A stretch of 64,000 nt of DNA, taken from Pelagomonas calceolata (lineage: Eukaryota). Made by a program: the position numbers and the translations under genes. The notes under the pieces are model-generated. The model did not search any database and had not been told where the DNA came from. It saw nothing but the letters and a program-made list of their open reading frames with translations. The stretch is taken from positions 372,001 to 436,000 of the forward strand of contig CAKKNE010000003.1 of the NCBI GenBank assembly GCA_918797485.1, read 5' to 3'. Of this stretch, positions 1 to 9,041 are shown piece after piece (positions within the stretch are counted from its first letter, which is position 1; every line of letters starts with the position of its first letter).

Positions 1-2750
1 CAGCAGTAGTCCGTCGCGCCGCCGCCGCCGCCGCCGCCTGCGACCAACATCGTCTGGCCATTCAACCTCACCAGGGACATGCCGCCGCCGCCGCCGCCGC
101 CCCACTCGCCCGCGCCGCCACTCGCACCGCCGTGCCACCCACCAACACCGGGTTTGCCTCTTACCGCTCCACCACCTCCACCCCCGACCAGGATCTCCAG
201 CGCGTCGCCCGGCGTCACTGATAAAGAAGCCCGCGCGAAGCCGCCGCCGCCGCCGCGGCCCCAGAACCTATCGCGTTGGATGTAGTCGGTCTGCGACTCG
301 GTCGCCCGCGACGTTTTGTTCTGCTCGCCGCGCCCGGCCCCCGCGCCGCCGCCCCCACCACCCCAGGCCTTGACGATCACGCGCCGCGCCCCGGGCCGCC
401 CCGAATGTCGGGACGGCACGGCGTACGTCTGGGCCACGCGCGACGCGAAGAAGACCTGGCGGCTGTGCGGGATCGGATGCGCGGCGAGGCCCGTGTAGGC
501 CGCTATCACTACTAACCCACCTCCACCATCTCCATCATTTTCTGCCGAATTCCATCCTGACACGCCGATACCTCCAACAGCGGCGCCTTGCACGTAGTCG
601 GGGTCATTAGCTAAGGCAGGTCGGTAATCGACGGCCGTCCGCGCGTGCGACGTGCCGTCCGCGGCCCGTACTTTACTCCTTCCGGACAATTCGTAGACGC
701 GCGCCGCGTCAGGAGTCTGGAGCCAGTCGCTCGGCTCGGACCACTCGCCTCCCTCCTCATCAACGAAGGCCCTCACGCGAACTCGGTAGTGCGTGTGCGG
801 TTCGAGGTTGCGCACCCTTGCTTCCAGACTCTCTTTCAAAATTTCGGAAGAAGCTAACGACGTCCTCTCAATCAGAACCTCGGGGCCCTGCTCTTGCCTA
901 TTCCATTTTTCAGACGTGCGCACGGACTCTCCCAATAATTGGGGGAACACGTTCGACGCCCTCAAGTCTTCTCCAGCGATGGCATCGGGGTCCTTGAAGT
1001 GGACGCGCCACTTGCCCGGGGATATTAACCGCACGGACACGCTCCCTTGCGACACAGCATCGAGCCCTTCCAGCGCCCGCACGACGTCGCCCGCCAGGCT
1101 CCCTCTGTGCAAATCCGTCGTGATCGTGCCCGTGTCGTAGGACCCTTTGACCGGTAGTCGCAACCGAAACGTGCCATCCACCCGACACGTCACGGTCTGG
1201 ACCTCGTCGCTCTGCGGCGTCTCCACGATGCTAATCGAGTTGTCCGCACGCTCCCACTGGTCCGGCGTGGAGAAGCCGTGGCCGCGCCAGGCCTGCGTTT
1301 CTAGGGAGAAGCGCCGCGCGTTCGTCGTGCCCGCCGCGGCCGGCAGCCACCGGACCTGCATCTCGTCTCCATCGAGTTCCAAAGCGGGCTTCGAGGGCGG
1401 CGGCGGCCGCGCGTCGCGCGTCACGTGGCCCGGCGGCGAGGCGCCCGACCAGGCACTCAAACCGGCCGCATTTCTCGCGCGGACACGTGCGACAACTTTT
1501 CGCTCCACATCCAAATCATCAATGGTCCGGGCCGCCCAGCCGCTCTCGTCGGCGGTCACTCTTCCCCCATCCAACCAGGTGTCGTCTCCCTCATACTTGT
1601 ACTGCACATCAAAAGCCGCCGCCGGCGCGGCGAACTCGGACTCCGTCTGGTCGGGCCGCGACGCGTATAGAGTGGCCGATCCTTGCCTGAACCGGGCGTC
1701 GCTCGGCACGGCCCAGACCGGCGCGATTGGTCTAGGAGGCGGCTCGACGGCGTCCAGGCGTCTATATGAAGACGGCTGCGAGGGCGGCGACCAGCCCGCC
1801 GCGTTGTGGGCCGAGATGCGAAAAGCATACAACCCGCCCGGTCTTTTCAAATTCTCGGCCCGATACGTACATAAAGGTGGGGGTGGCATGGGCTTATCAA
1901 AGTCGTGGCCCAGGTTCAGCTCGTGGTAGTTCCACTCGGCCGACCCGCACGGCTGGTAGTTCGACGCGCGCCAGACCTCGATACCGGCGCCGGGCCCCGA
2001 CCACTTGTACCCGTCTCGCAGCGAGATCGTCTCCTTCCAGACACTGATGAGGGGCATGCGGCCCGCTTCTTGCGCGCTTTTCACGTCCTTCTGGAGGCGC
2101 TCGTTCCAGCCGTCCCGTGCGAGTTCGACAGCACGGGGGTACGCTCCGGACCAGGCCTCGTCCATCTCCGCGCGCGGCCGCTCGAACTCGACGACCCAGG
2201 TGTATCCACCTAAATGGCCGAAGGGGCAGCGCCCGACCCAGGCCTCGGCTCCCGTCCCTGTGAGGTCCTTGTTCGGTAAAAACGAGGCGTCGCAGCGTCT
2301 AACTTGCACGACGTTGACCGTGTCTAATGCTTCTAATGCGCTTTTCATCTGCGCCGCAGACGCGTCCCAGGGGATTTCCGGCGTGACGGCCTGCTTGTGG
2401 TCCGTGTCGATGGGGTGGATGCCGTCGTACGCGAGGTAGAGCCAGAAGCCGCCGCCACTTACCCTTGAACCGCGGTCCACGCGCACGTTGATGAACTGCA
2501 CCTCGTTTCTCGTGCGGGCCTCCTCGACGGCGTCGTCCAGGACCTGCCAGCCCTTGTGCCGCTCCTGCAGCGAGAGCACCTCGACGCGGTAGGCGTCGAC
2601 GGCGTAGGACTCGCTTTCAATTGTAGGTTCCCAGGTCACGGTCATGCCGGTGGTCGTCGCGTTGGACAGCTCCGGGGGGCTCGTCGGCGCTTGCGGGACG
2701 GGGTAGGTCCACTGGGCGCCGACGAGCGCTGCCCAGGCCAGCAGCCTCAT
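1..2750 (-). CDS. Secreted fibronectin type III repeat protein with glycine-rich (ALK/LTK-like) region; 3' end runs off the window
   Basis: Absent from the ORF track; translated by hand from ATG 2750. Signal peptide MRLLAWAALVGAQW; FN3 motifs (GMTVTWEP, YAFRISAHNAAGWSPPS, RVRARNAAGLSAWS, NLEPHTHYRVR); Gly-rich VKAWGGGGGG...VTPGDALEILVGGGGG...LVAGGGGGGG; no stop seen before base 1. Confidence 0.85.
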   Translation of the reverse strand, partial: MRLLAWAALVGAQWTYPVPQAPTSPPELSNATTTGMTVTWEPTIESESYAVDAYRVEVLSLQERHKGWQVLDDAVEEARTRNEVQFINVRVDRGSRVSGGGFWLYLAYDGIHPIDTDHKQAVTPEIPWDASAAQMKSALEALDTVNVVQVRRCDASFLPNKDLTGTGAEAWVGRCPFGHLGGYTWVVEFERPRAEMDEAWSGAYPRAVELARDGWNERLQKDVKSAQEAGRMPLISVWKETISLRDGYKWSGPGAGIEVWRASNYQPCGSAEWNYHELNLGHDFDKPMPPPPLCTYRAENLKRPGGLYAFRISAHNAAGWSPPSQPSSYRRLDAVEPPPRPIAPVWAVPSDARFRQGSATLYASRPDQTESEFAAPAAAFDVQYKYEGDDTWLDGGRVTADESGWAARTIDDLDVERKVVARVRARNAAGLSAWSGASPPGHVTRDARPPPPSKPALELDGDEMQVRWLPAAAGTTNARRFSLETQAWRGHGFSTPDQWERADNSISIVETPQSDEVQTVTCRVDGTFRLRLPVKGSYDTGTITTDLHRGSLAGDVVRALEGLDAVSQGSVSVRLISPGKWRVHFKDPDAIAGEDLRASNVFPQLLGESVRTSEKWNRQEQGPEVLIERTSLASSEILKESLEARVRNLEPHTHYRVRVRAFVDEEGGEWSEPSDWLQTPDAARVYELSGRSKVRAADGTSHARTAVDYRPALANDPDYVQGAAVGGIGVSGWNSAENDGDGGGGLVVIAAYTGLAAHPIPHSRQVFFASRVAQTYAVPSRHSGRPGARRVIVKAWGGGGGGAGAGRGEQNKTSRATESQTDYIQRDRFWGRGGGGGFARASLSVTPGDALEILVGGGGGGAVRGKPGVGGWHGGASGGAGEWGGGGGGGMSLVRLNGQTMLVAGGGGGGGATDYC

Positions 2751-2865
2751 GGTGCCTCGCGTCCGCCTGGCTCCGGCGGTGCCCAGGCTTGGCCGGGAGC
2801 GCTGCCCTGCCCAGGGCTGGGCCCAGGCTGGCCTTGTTTTGTGGCAGCCCAGCGGCACTTGTTTT

Positions 2866-2890
2866 GCTAGTGCCTTTACAGGCCGCTAGC
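2866..2890 (-). promoter_or_regulatory. Conserved upstream motif, copy 1
   Basis: Minus strand GCTAGCGGCCTGTAAAGGCACTAGC, about 115 bp upstream of ATG 2750. Confidence 0.6.
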
Positions 2891-2967
2891 GTTTGGGTCG
2901 CAACGTGTCTGCGGGCGTAAATAGAAACGACGTGTCTGTGTTCTTAACAACAGCAAAAATTAAACAA

Positions 2968-4071
2968 CTACAACTTGCGCCGCCCGAACCATCCACTCCC
3001 GGCCCGCTCGCGTTTCTCGGGCGGAAGCGTGGGCTGCATGTGCGGGACCCTAGATCTGCGCAACTGCGTCTCGCGCATGCCGTGCGCGACTCTCCGCGCT
3101 TCGTCGCACCACCTGAGCCGTGTCCCGCCTTGTATAAGCGCGTCGAGCCGCGCCTCGCACGTCCGCAAGCGCGGCAGGCAGTTGAGCGTCGTGCGCACGC
3201 GCGGACTGACGGTCACGTTCGACGCTCGCCGGTAGTTCCCTAAAAAGTTCAGGGCCTCGCCGTACACGTGCGGCCCCGCGCCGAGAAATTCCGTCACTTC
3301 GTTCAAGATTGTCGGTCGCTTCCCTTCGTCCCGCAAATCCTCGGACTTGATCAGTATAAATCTATCCGCGGGAAAGAACGCTAGCCACCGCTCCAGCTTG
3401 TCGATATAACAGTTCTCCTGCAGCAGCTCCTGAAGCTTACTCGGCATCGTATTGTCGCCCCGCCGCAACGAGGCCTGGAATCGCGCAAGCTTCGCTGCGC
3501 TGTTGGGGTTGCTCATGAAGCGATCCGCCGGCGACTTAATCAACACGACCAGCTTCAATTCGGGTAGGCGCGAACGCAGCCACGCGATCGTTCTATCTGA
3601 TGCCGGCACGCCCATGTCGCCGCCCAGTAGCGGCGTCGCGTCGAAGGTGATGTCCTTTTCCGGCTTATCTTTGTAGATAGGGAATTGCTTCGCGTAGGCC
3701 TTGACGTGGCATTTCGGGGATGTGTTCGGGCCGTGCTGCAAATCACAAAACTCGGGCCGGCTGAAGTAGAAGTGCTCCTTTCTGGTGCCGAAGGTGAGGC
3801 GCGGGTGGCTCCTCAGGTATCTCGCCAGTGACGTGGTGCCGCACCTTCCGAAACCGATGATGAGGAAGCTCGGCGCGCAGTAGCGCAGCGCTCTCAAGCG
3901 TCGCTTCTTCGGCTCGTCGTGGCAGCGCGGGCCGTAGTCTCGCGGTTCGGCTCCGAGCTCCGCCGTGAGTGGTGTCGTCGGGACGCGCACGCGTGCTGGG
4001 TCGAGGCGCAGAGTGTGCTGGGCTGTGGCTACTGCTGCGAGGAGTAGTGCGCTCGGCCTTGGTCGTGGCAT
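2968..4071 (-). CDS. Sulfotransferase, heparan-sulfate sulfotransferase-like, with signal/anchor peptide
   Basis: 5'-PSB-like motif PSFLIIGFGRCGTTSL; KEHFYF; DATP; KLVVLIKSPADRFMS; LERWLAFFP. Likely start ATG 4071 (MPRPRPSALLLAAVATA). Confidence 0.85.
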   Translation of the reverse strand: MPRPRPSALLLAAVATAQHTLRLDPARVRVPTTPLTAELGAEPRDYGPRCHDEPKKRRLRALRYCAPSFLIIGFGRCGTTSLARYLRSHPRLTFGTRKEHFYFSRPEFCDLQHGPNTSPKCHVKAYAKQFPIYKDKPEKDITFDATPLLGGDMGVPASDRTIAWLRSRLPELKLVVLIKSPADRFMSNPNSAAKLARFQASLRRGDNTMPSKLQELLQENCYIDKLERWLAFFPADRFILIKSEDLRDEGKRPTILNEVTEFLGAGPHVYGEALNFLGNYRRASNVTVSPRVRTTLNCLPRLRTCEARLDALIQGGTRLRWCDEARRVAHGMRETQLRRSRVPHMQPTLPPEKRERAGSGWFGRRKL

Positions 4072-4605
4072 GGCGCAGCGGCGACGGCGTGCAACTGCGA
4101 CGGAATGCTGCTGCTGTGAAAGCAGCACTCTAGGCCTCAGAGGACAGCTTTCACGCTGTTGGAAGCACTGCTGCGTGAAGCATTTGTTCGATCTCGATGG
4201 CTGTCGGCCTCTGCTACCTTAAATGCGACCATTTTAGGCCGCAAATGCTAAAAGACCGTCTTGCGGCTAAAAAAACACTGCCTGGCCGAAAAACTCTAAA
4301 ACGGGTTTTATGAGCTTCAATAAGAGTTCGCTTACTGCTACCACGGTAAGTAGGGGGCGTCCGCGACGCTGCGACGACTCGTTTTGAGCAATGAGAAAGC
4401 GGCAAAACCCGAGCGGATCCTAGGCCTTCCCAAACAGCGGACGCCCAAAGACTCCCAGGGCGTACGTCTTGCCAGTCAAAAATGCTAAGGTAGCACCCTC
4501 TCACACGGCTCTTGCTGTCGTTGCGCTTTGAACTGCGAAAAACGCACGGACGAAGCCGGAAATAAGGGCTTTTATCGTCAAAACGAAAACGCCCCTGCCC
4601 GCGCG

Positions 4606-5895
4606 ATGAGGCCCTTTGCGTGCTTCGGTGGCGCGCCCACAGCGCGTCTGGCGTCGTCGAGCTGCCTGGGAACAAATTTCTGCGATGGCGTGGGCCCCGC
4701 GCGGCCGCATGACGGGATCGAGGTCCCCGACTCGGATATTGACGCGGACCCCACGGACGGCCCCACGGACGACCTGGACGGCGAGCTCCTGTCGCCGCTG
4801 GAAGCCAGTCGAGGCTGGCCCCGCGAGCCCGAGACCTGGGGCCGGCGCAGCGTCATCTCGCCCCATAGAGCTCTTGTTGCCGCGCCCGACGACGGCACCG
4901 CGCCAGGATCTGATAGAGGCAAGAGCCACGGCTCTCCTGGAGCGCCGACGCGCGCCCTGCCCCCCGAGCGCCGAAGTTCGTCAGACGAGGACACGCCGGC
5001 CGACGGCGCGACGCGATCTGTCGGATCCGACTTGACCCGAAGTTCCTCCTCCTCGTCAGAAGAGGACGACGACGCCGTCACGCCTTTGAAGCTCACGACG
5101 CCGACGAAATCTTGCCTCAGACCCCAGAGTAGCTGCTCTTCATTGGACTCCGAGTCTGAAATAGAAGCGTTCGAGGAGACCCAAAAATCTCTGAGGCGGG
5201 CCGAGGACCCGCGGCGCGTCCGGTTCCGGGACAAGACGCTGGATGCGGTCGTGACGATCCCGAATCTGGAGGACTACGGCTGGCGCGCGCGGCGCGACTG
5301 CTACTGGCAGCCCGAGGAGTACGCGCAGATGGCCCGGTCGCGCGTACGGTTGGAGCGGGCCGTGCTGGAGACGGGCGGTCGGGCGGTGATCCCCGGCGAA
5401 AGTCGTCGCGGGCTGGGGCTGGTCTGCGAGCCCGAAACGAGACTAGCACGGGCGTCGAAGATCCAACAAACTGCCAGGGCGGTGCTGCGCATGCACGCGA
5501 ACGGCGCCACGCCGGGTCGCTTGGCGCGCTTCGCGACGGACGCATCGCGGTGGGCGACGCGGAACGCTCTCATATGCGCTGAAAAAGATTTAGCGGCGGC
5601 CCAGGACGCCCTTAGGGATGCGTCGTGGACGCGGCGCGCGCCGTCGCCGCCGCCTTCCCAAAGTTATGTTGTTTCAACACCGGTCGACATGCCGCGCTGC
5701 GACTCGAACACGGCGTCGACGGACGGGTTGGCGTCGATGATCCGCCACGACTCGCTCAACGACCTGACCGACTTGGACCGCCACGTCCACGACGGCTCGC
5801 CCCTCAGCTTCTCGGAGTACCAGACGTCCGAGACGCGCCGGCGCATCGCGCCGGCGACGCCGTCGCCGCCGTGCGCCGTGCGCTCGGCCGCCTGA
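4606..5895 (+). CDS. Hypothetical Ser-rich protein with RVxF motif
   Basis: Long ORF, first ATG at 4606. Segment RVRF...VVTIP...CYWQPEEY...ESRRGL resembles uncharacterised diatom/stramenopile proteins; RVRF fits the PP1-docking consensus. Confidence 0.65.
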   Translation: MRPFACFGGAPTARLASSSCLGTNFCDGVGPARPHDGIEVPDSDIDADPTDGPTDDLDGELLSPLEASRGWPREPETWGRRSVISPHRALVAAPDDGTAPGSDRGKSHGSPGAPTRALPPERRSSSDEDTPADGATRSVGSDLTRSSSSSSEEDDDAVTPLKLTTPTKSCLRPQSSCSSLDSESEIEAFEETQKSLRRAEDPRRVRFRDKTLDAVVTIPNLEDYGWRARRDCYWQPEEYAQMARSRVRLERAVLETGGRAVIPGESRRGLGLVCEPETRLARASKIQQTARAVLRMHANGATPGRLARFATDASRWATRNALICAEKDLAAAQDALRDASWTRRAPSPPPSQSYVVSTPVDMPRCDSNTASTDGLASMIRHDSLNDLTDLDRHVHDGSPLSFSEYQTSETRRRIAPATPSPPCAVRSAA

Positions 5896-5977
5896 TGTCA
5901 TCAGGCGGCCCCAATTCTTGACCTGTTCATACGAACCACGACCCTTCCCGTCCCGGACGCAAAAAACGCGGGACCCG

Positions 5978-6062
5978 CCCCACTGACTCGCCTCTCGTAA
6001 CCTTAAGATTACGCCGGAATTAGCTAGTGCCGCGTCGATGGCGTCCCGGGGGCGTGTTGTCT
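5978..6062. repeat. Duplicated non-coding segment, copy A (copy B at 8598-8678)
   Basis: ccccactgaNtcgcNtctcgtaaccttaagNttacgccggaNttaNctagtgccgcgtcgatggcgtc at both places, offset 2620 bp. Confidence 0.85.
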
Positions 6063-6285
6063 AGGAGCTTGTCTAGGGCGTGGAGCCATAAACAGGGCCG
6101 CGTCGGCAAACATTAGACGCGAAGAAACTTAAGGAAGGGTCTTGCGGTGCGAAACGGTTTTGACTGCAAACGTGGGCGTCGAAATACGCGAAGTGCGGAT
6201 TTCACGACCAGAACCCGTTGGTGTGGTCCTTCGAAGGAAGCGTGAAGATCCAAACGGGAATGAAGTGCTGGTGTGCGTAGTGTGT

Positions 6286-8403
6286 TTACCCGCATCTAAA
6301 CGCAGGGCAGCAGCTGCTGGAAGTGTGAAACCCGTCTGCGCTCGTCCAGGTATCCGTGGTTCCTTGGCAGCAGCCAGTCGTGACTTCAAAAGTATTGCCG
6401 TGCTTACGCGCCAAGTGATCGTCCCAGCAAAAAGGAATAGGAATATAACCGAACATGAGGATAACCACGCCCTTGGATTGGTAGGAATTGCTGTCATGAG
6501 GTATGATGTTTTCGCATGCCAAAGGCGCAAATGGAATGCACGGAAAGATGGTACAAAAGCATCCGGCGAACGACCGCGCGTCGGGGAAAGCATGGCTTGG
6601 AGGACTCGAATGGCCCGGCTGGGCGGTGGTCGCCGCCGCGCGCGCGCCCGGCGTGCCGCAGCCTGAACAGGCCGGGTGGGGGAAATTCCCGCCGCAGACC
6701 CGGCACGCGGAGCGCGGCGGCGGCGCCGCGGGTCCACTCCCCGTGTACCGGCGAATCAGCGATTCGGATTTGCCTCGGGAGATCCCCCCGTCGTCGTAGA
6801 GGATGTCGTACAAGCGGCCGCCGTTAACGGCTGTGATCTTGGCGGGGAACCACTGGTTGCTCCTAGTCGACGTCCGCGCCTCGACGCGCTGGCCAACGTG
6901 GAATGCCGCTCGCATGTGTTCCAACGTTGCGGCGCGGGCCCGCTCCGCTGCCGCTTCCCTCGCGCGGGCGGCCTCGCGGCGCGCCGCCTCGTCTCGCGCG
7001 GCGTCGGCGGAAGGCCTTGCCGAGGCCGGCGCCCCAGTGTGCGGCGTCGATACCCACCGGCGAATCCGCGATTCAGCGACGCGTGCCTCGGACTCCCCGT
7101 CGTCGTATAGGATGTCGTACAAGCGATTGCGCCCAAATGGCGGAGTGGCTGTGATCTTGCCGGTGAACCACTGGTTGCCGCCGCGGCACCGCACCTCGAC
7201 GCGCTGGTTAAACGCGAATGCGGCATTGTAGGATGGGCGCTCTCTCGCTGCCGCGTTTCCCGTCGGCCTCGCCGGGGCCGGCGCGGTTCCGCCTTGGACA
7301 TTGACAACCGCCTGCTCGATGTGTATCTCGTGACCGCCGCCGCCGCCCACGCGGTAGCCGAATTGCACGCGACGCCCGCGGAGCGAAAACGGCAGTTGGA
7401 CCCCCAAGCGGGTGATTGCATGCGGGGCTTCGTTCCCAGAGAGGGGCTGCCACGTGCCATAGTATGGCGTGGCGCCAGTGGTACGCGCGAACACCATGCC
7501 CTTCCGATTGCCCCAGCCTTGATCGTGCCACTGGCACGTGAGACCGGTCGCGCCCTCAATTTCACCGCCCCACGAGGAGATGGCGTCAGTACTCAACCTG
7601 TCGTGCACGTCCCTCAGACGGACGGAGTTGGGGCGCTCTCTCGCTGCCGCTTCCCTCGCGCGGGCGGCCTCGCGGCGCGCCGCCTCGTCGCGCTCCCTCG
7701 CGCGGGCGGCCTCGCGGCGCGCCGCCTCGTCGCGCGCGGCGCGGAGCTCCGCGCGGGCCCGTTCCGCCTCGCGCCGCGACCGCTCGACGGCCTCCGCGCG
7801 CGCGGCCGCCGCGTCTCGCGCGGCGTCGGCGGACGGCCTTGCCGGGGCCGCCGCGGATTGCTCCGCCGCCGAGACGGGGGTTCGACAGACAGGGCAGGAC
7901 CGGTGCTCCGGGAGCCACCGCGCGAGGCACGCGCGGTGGAAGACGTGCGCGCAGGGCAGCCGCTGGTCGCCGCCCCGGATAGTCTCCTGGCAGATGACGC
8001 ACTGAACTTCCTCAGCCCTTGCTGCCGCCGCCTCGCGCTGGCGCTCGCGCTCCTCGGCCGCCTCCCGCCGCGACCGCTCGACGGCCTCGCGCCGCGCCGC
8101 AGCGTCCTCCGCCTCCGCGTGCCGCTGCCGCGTCGCGTCGCGGTCCTGCGCCTCCGAGGCCCTTGCCTCTTCCGCAGGGCGAGGAGCAGCGCCGACACTT
8201 TGTCCATCGACGAGCAGGGCGCCGCCCGGTATGCGCCCGAAGCATCCCTCGCAGAGGGCGTGGCCGCAGGGCAGGGCCACGACGGGTTCCGCCGTCTCTA
8301 AGCAGACGGGACAGTGGGCCGATGCGAAGACTCTGTTCCCACAGGCGCGCCGTGGAGGCTGCGTGCGGCAGATGGGGCAGGCGAGGCGTACAAGTCGTTC
8401 CAT
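6286..8403 (-). CDS. RING-HC + RING-H2 + two Tudor/Agenet-like domain protein (putative E3 ligase), paralog A
   Basis: CPVC..LPCGHALCEGC; CVIC..LPCAHVFHRACLARWL..CPVC; two QRVE..WF..KITA..YDILYDDG repeats; CRVC..CSGC ribbon; Cys-rich hydrophobic C-terminus. Start ATG 8403 by alignment with paralog B. Confidence 0.85.
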   Translation of the reverse strand: MERLVRLACPICRTQPPRRACGNRVFASAHCPVCLETAEPVVALPCGHALCEGCFGRIPGGALLVDGQSVGAAPRPAEEARASEAQDRDATRQRHAEAEDAAARREAVERSRREAAEERERQREAAAARAEEVQCVICQETIRGGDQRLPCAHVFHRACLARWLPEHRSCPVCRTPVSAAEQSAAAPARPSADAARDAAAARAEAVERSRREAERARAELRAARDEAARREAARARERDEAARREAARAREAAARERPNSVRLRDVHDRLSTDAISSWGGEIEGATGLTCQWHDQGWGNRKGMVFARTTGATPYYGTWQPLSGNEAPHAITRLGVQLPFSLRGRRVQFGYRVGGGGGHEIHIEQAVVNVQGGTAPAPARPTGNAAARERPSYNAAFAFNQRVEVRCRGGNQWFTGKITATPPFGRNRLYDILYDDGESEARVAESRIRRWVSTPHTGAPASARPSADAARDEAARREAARAREAAAERARAATLEHMRAAFHVGQRVEARTSTRSNQWFPAKITAVNGGRLYDILYDDGGISRGKSESLIRRYTGSGPAAPPPRSACRVCGGNFPHPACSGCGTPGARAAATTAQPGHSSPPSHAFPDARSFAGCFCTIFPCIPFAPLACENIIPHDSNSYQSKGVVILMFGYIPIPFCWDDHLARKHGNTFEVTTGCCQGTTDTWTSADGFHTSSSCCPAFRCG

Positions 8404-8597
8404 CTGCGCGCGTCGCGAGTCTGGATGGCAGGACGATGTGGGGCCCACTATCGCTTGGGCGGGGCAGCGCTCATGGCAGTCTAGTCCCTTGGCAACTTCG
8501 CATGCCCGCCGCGCTGCAGCAAAAAGTGCGCATGCCGATCTGGTCGGGTTTTCGACGTTTTTACTACGAGCTTTTGTACGAATCGTTCTACGTCCCA

Positions 8598-8678
8598 CCC
8601 CACTGAATCGCGTCTCGTAACCTTAAGCTTACGCCGGACTTACCTAGTGCCGCGTCGATGGCGTCGGGCGTGTTATCT
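8598..8678. repeat. Duplicated non-coding segment, copy B
   Basis: Near-identical to 5978-6062. Confidence 0.85.
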
Positions 8679-8744
8679 GCAGCATAATCTGCTGCGGCGC
8701 CAGGTCGGCCGGGGCGGTGGGCGCGGGCCGCCGTTCATGACAGC

Positions 8745-8790
8745 ATAAATAAATATGAATAATAAATAAATAAATAAATAAATAAATAAT
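8745..8790. repeat. (AAAT)n microsatellite
   Basis: Run of aataaataaata... in an otherwise GC-rich region. Confidence 0.9.
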
Positions 8791-9041
8791 CAAGGAAGGA
8801 ATATCCTAGAGGAAAGAGGACATACACCAAGCCTCTAAAGGCCATAACAGCATGCACTTCCTTCTGAGCAGAACGGCCTCGGTAACAATGTGGAACGTCC
8901 GCCCTCTCTATCAGCTTGTCGCGCGCGTCTGGGGGCAGGGGCCTCGCGCGGCGCGTGCTCCTCGCCCGCGGGCCGTCGTCTCTCCCGTCGCGCCTTCGGA
9001 AGTACGGAGGATGTCAAACTCGTGCGCGTCGGCAAGCATCC

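Noticed and set aside
79..2870. Plus-strand ORFs in the track
   Set aside because: They are antisense to the continuous minus-strand FN3 gene.
8404..8598. Non-ATG N-terminal extensions in the ORF track (also 11508-11696, 33559-33678, 54628-54813, 54969-55079)
   Set aside because: GTG/TTG starts are not expected in this eukaryotic context; downstream ATGs match paralogs, family N-termini or targeting peptides.
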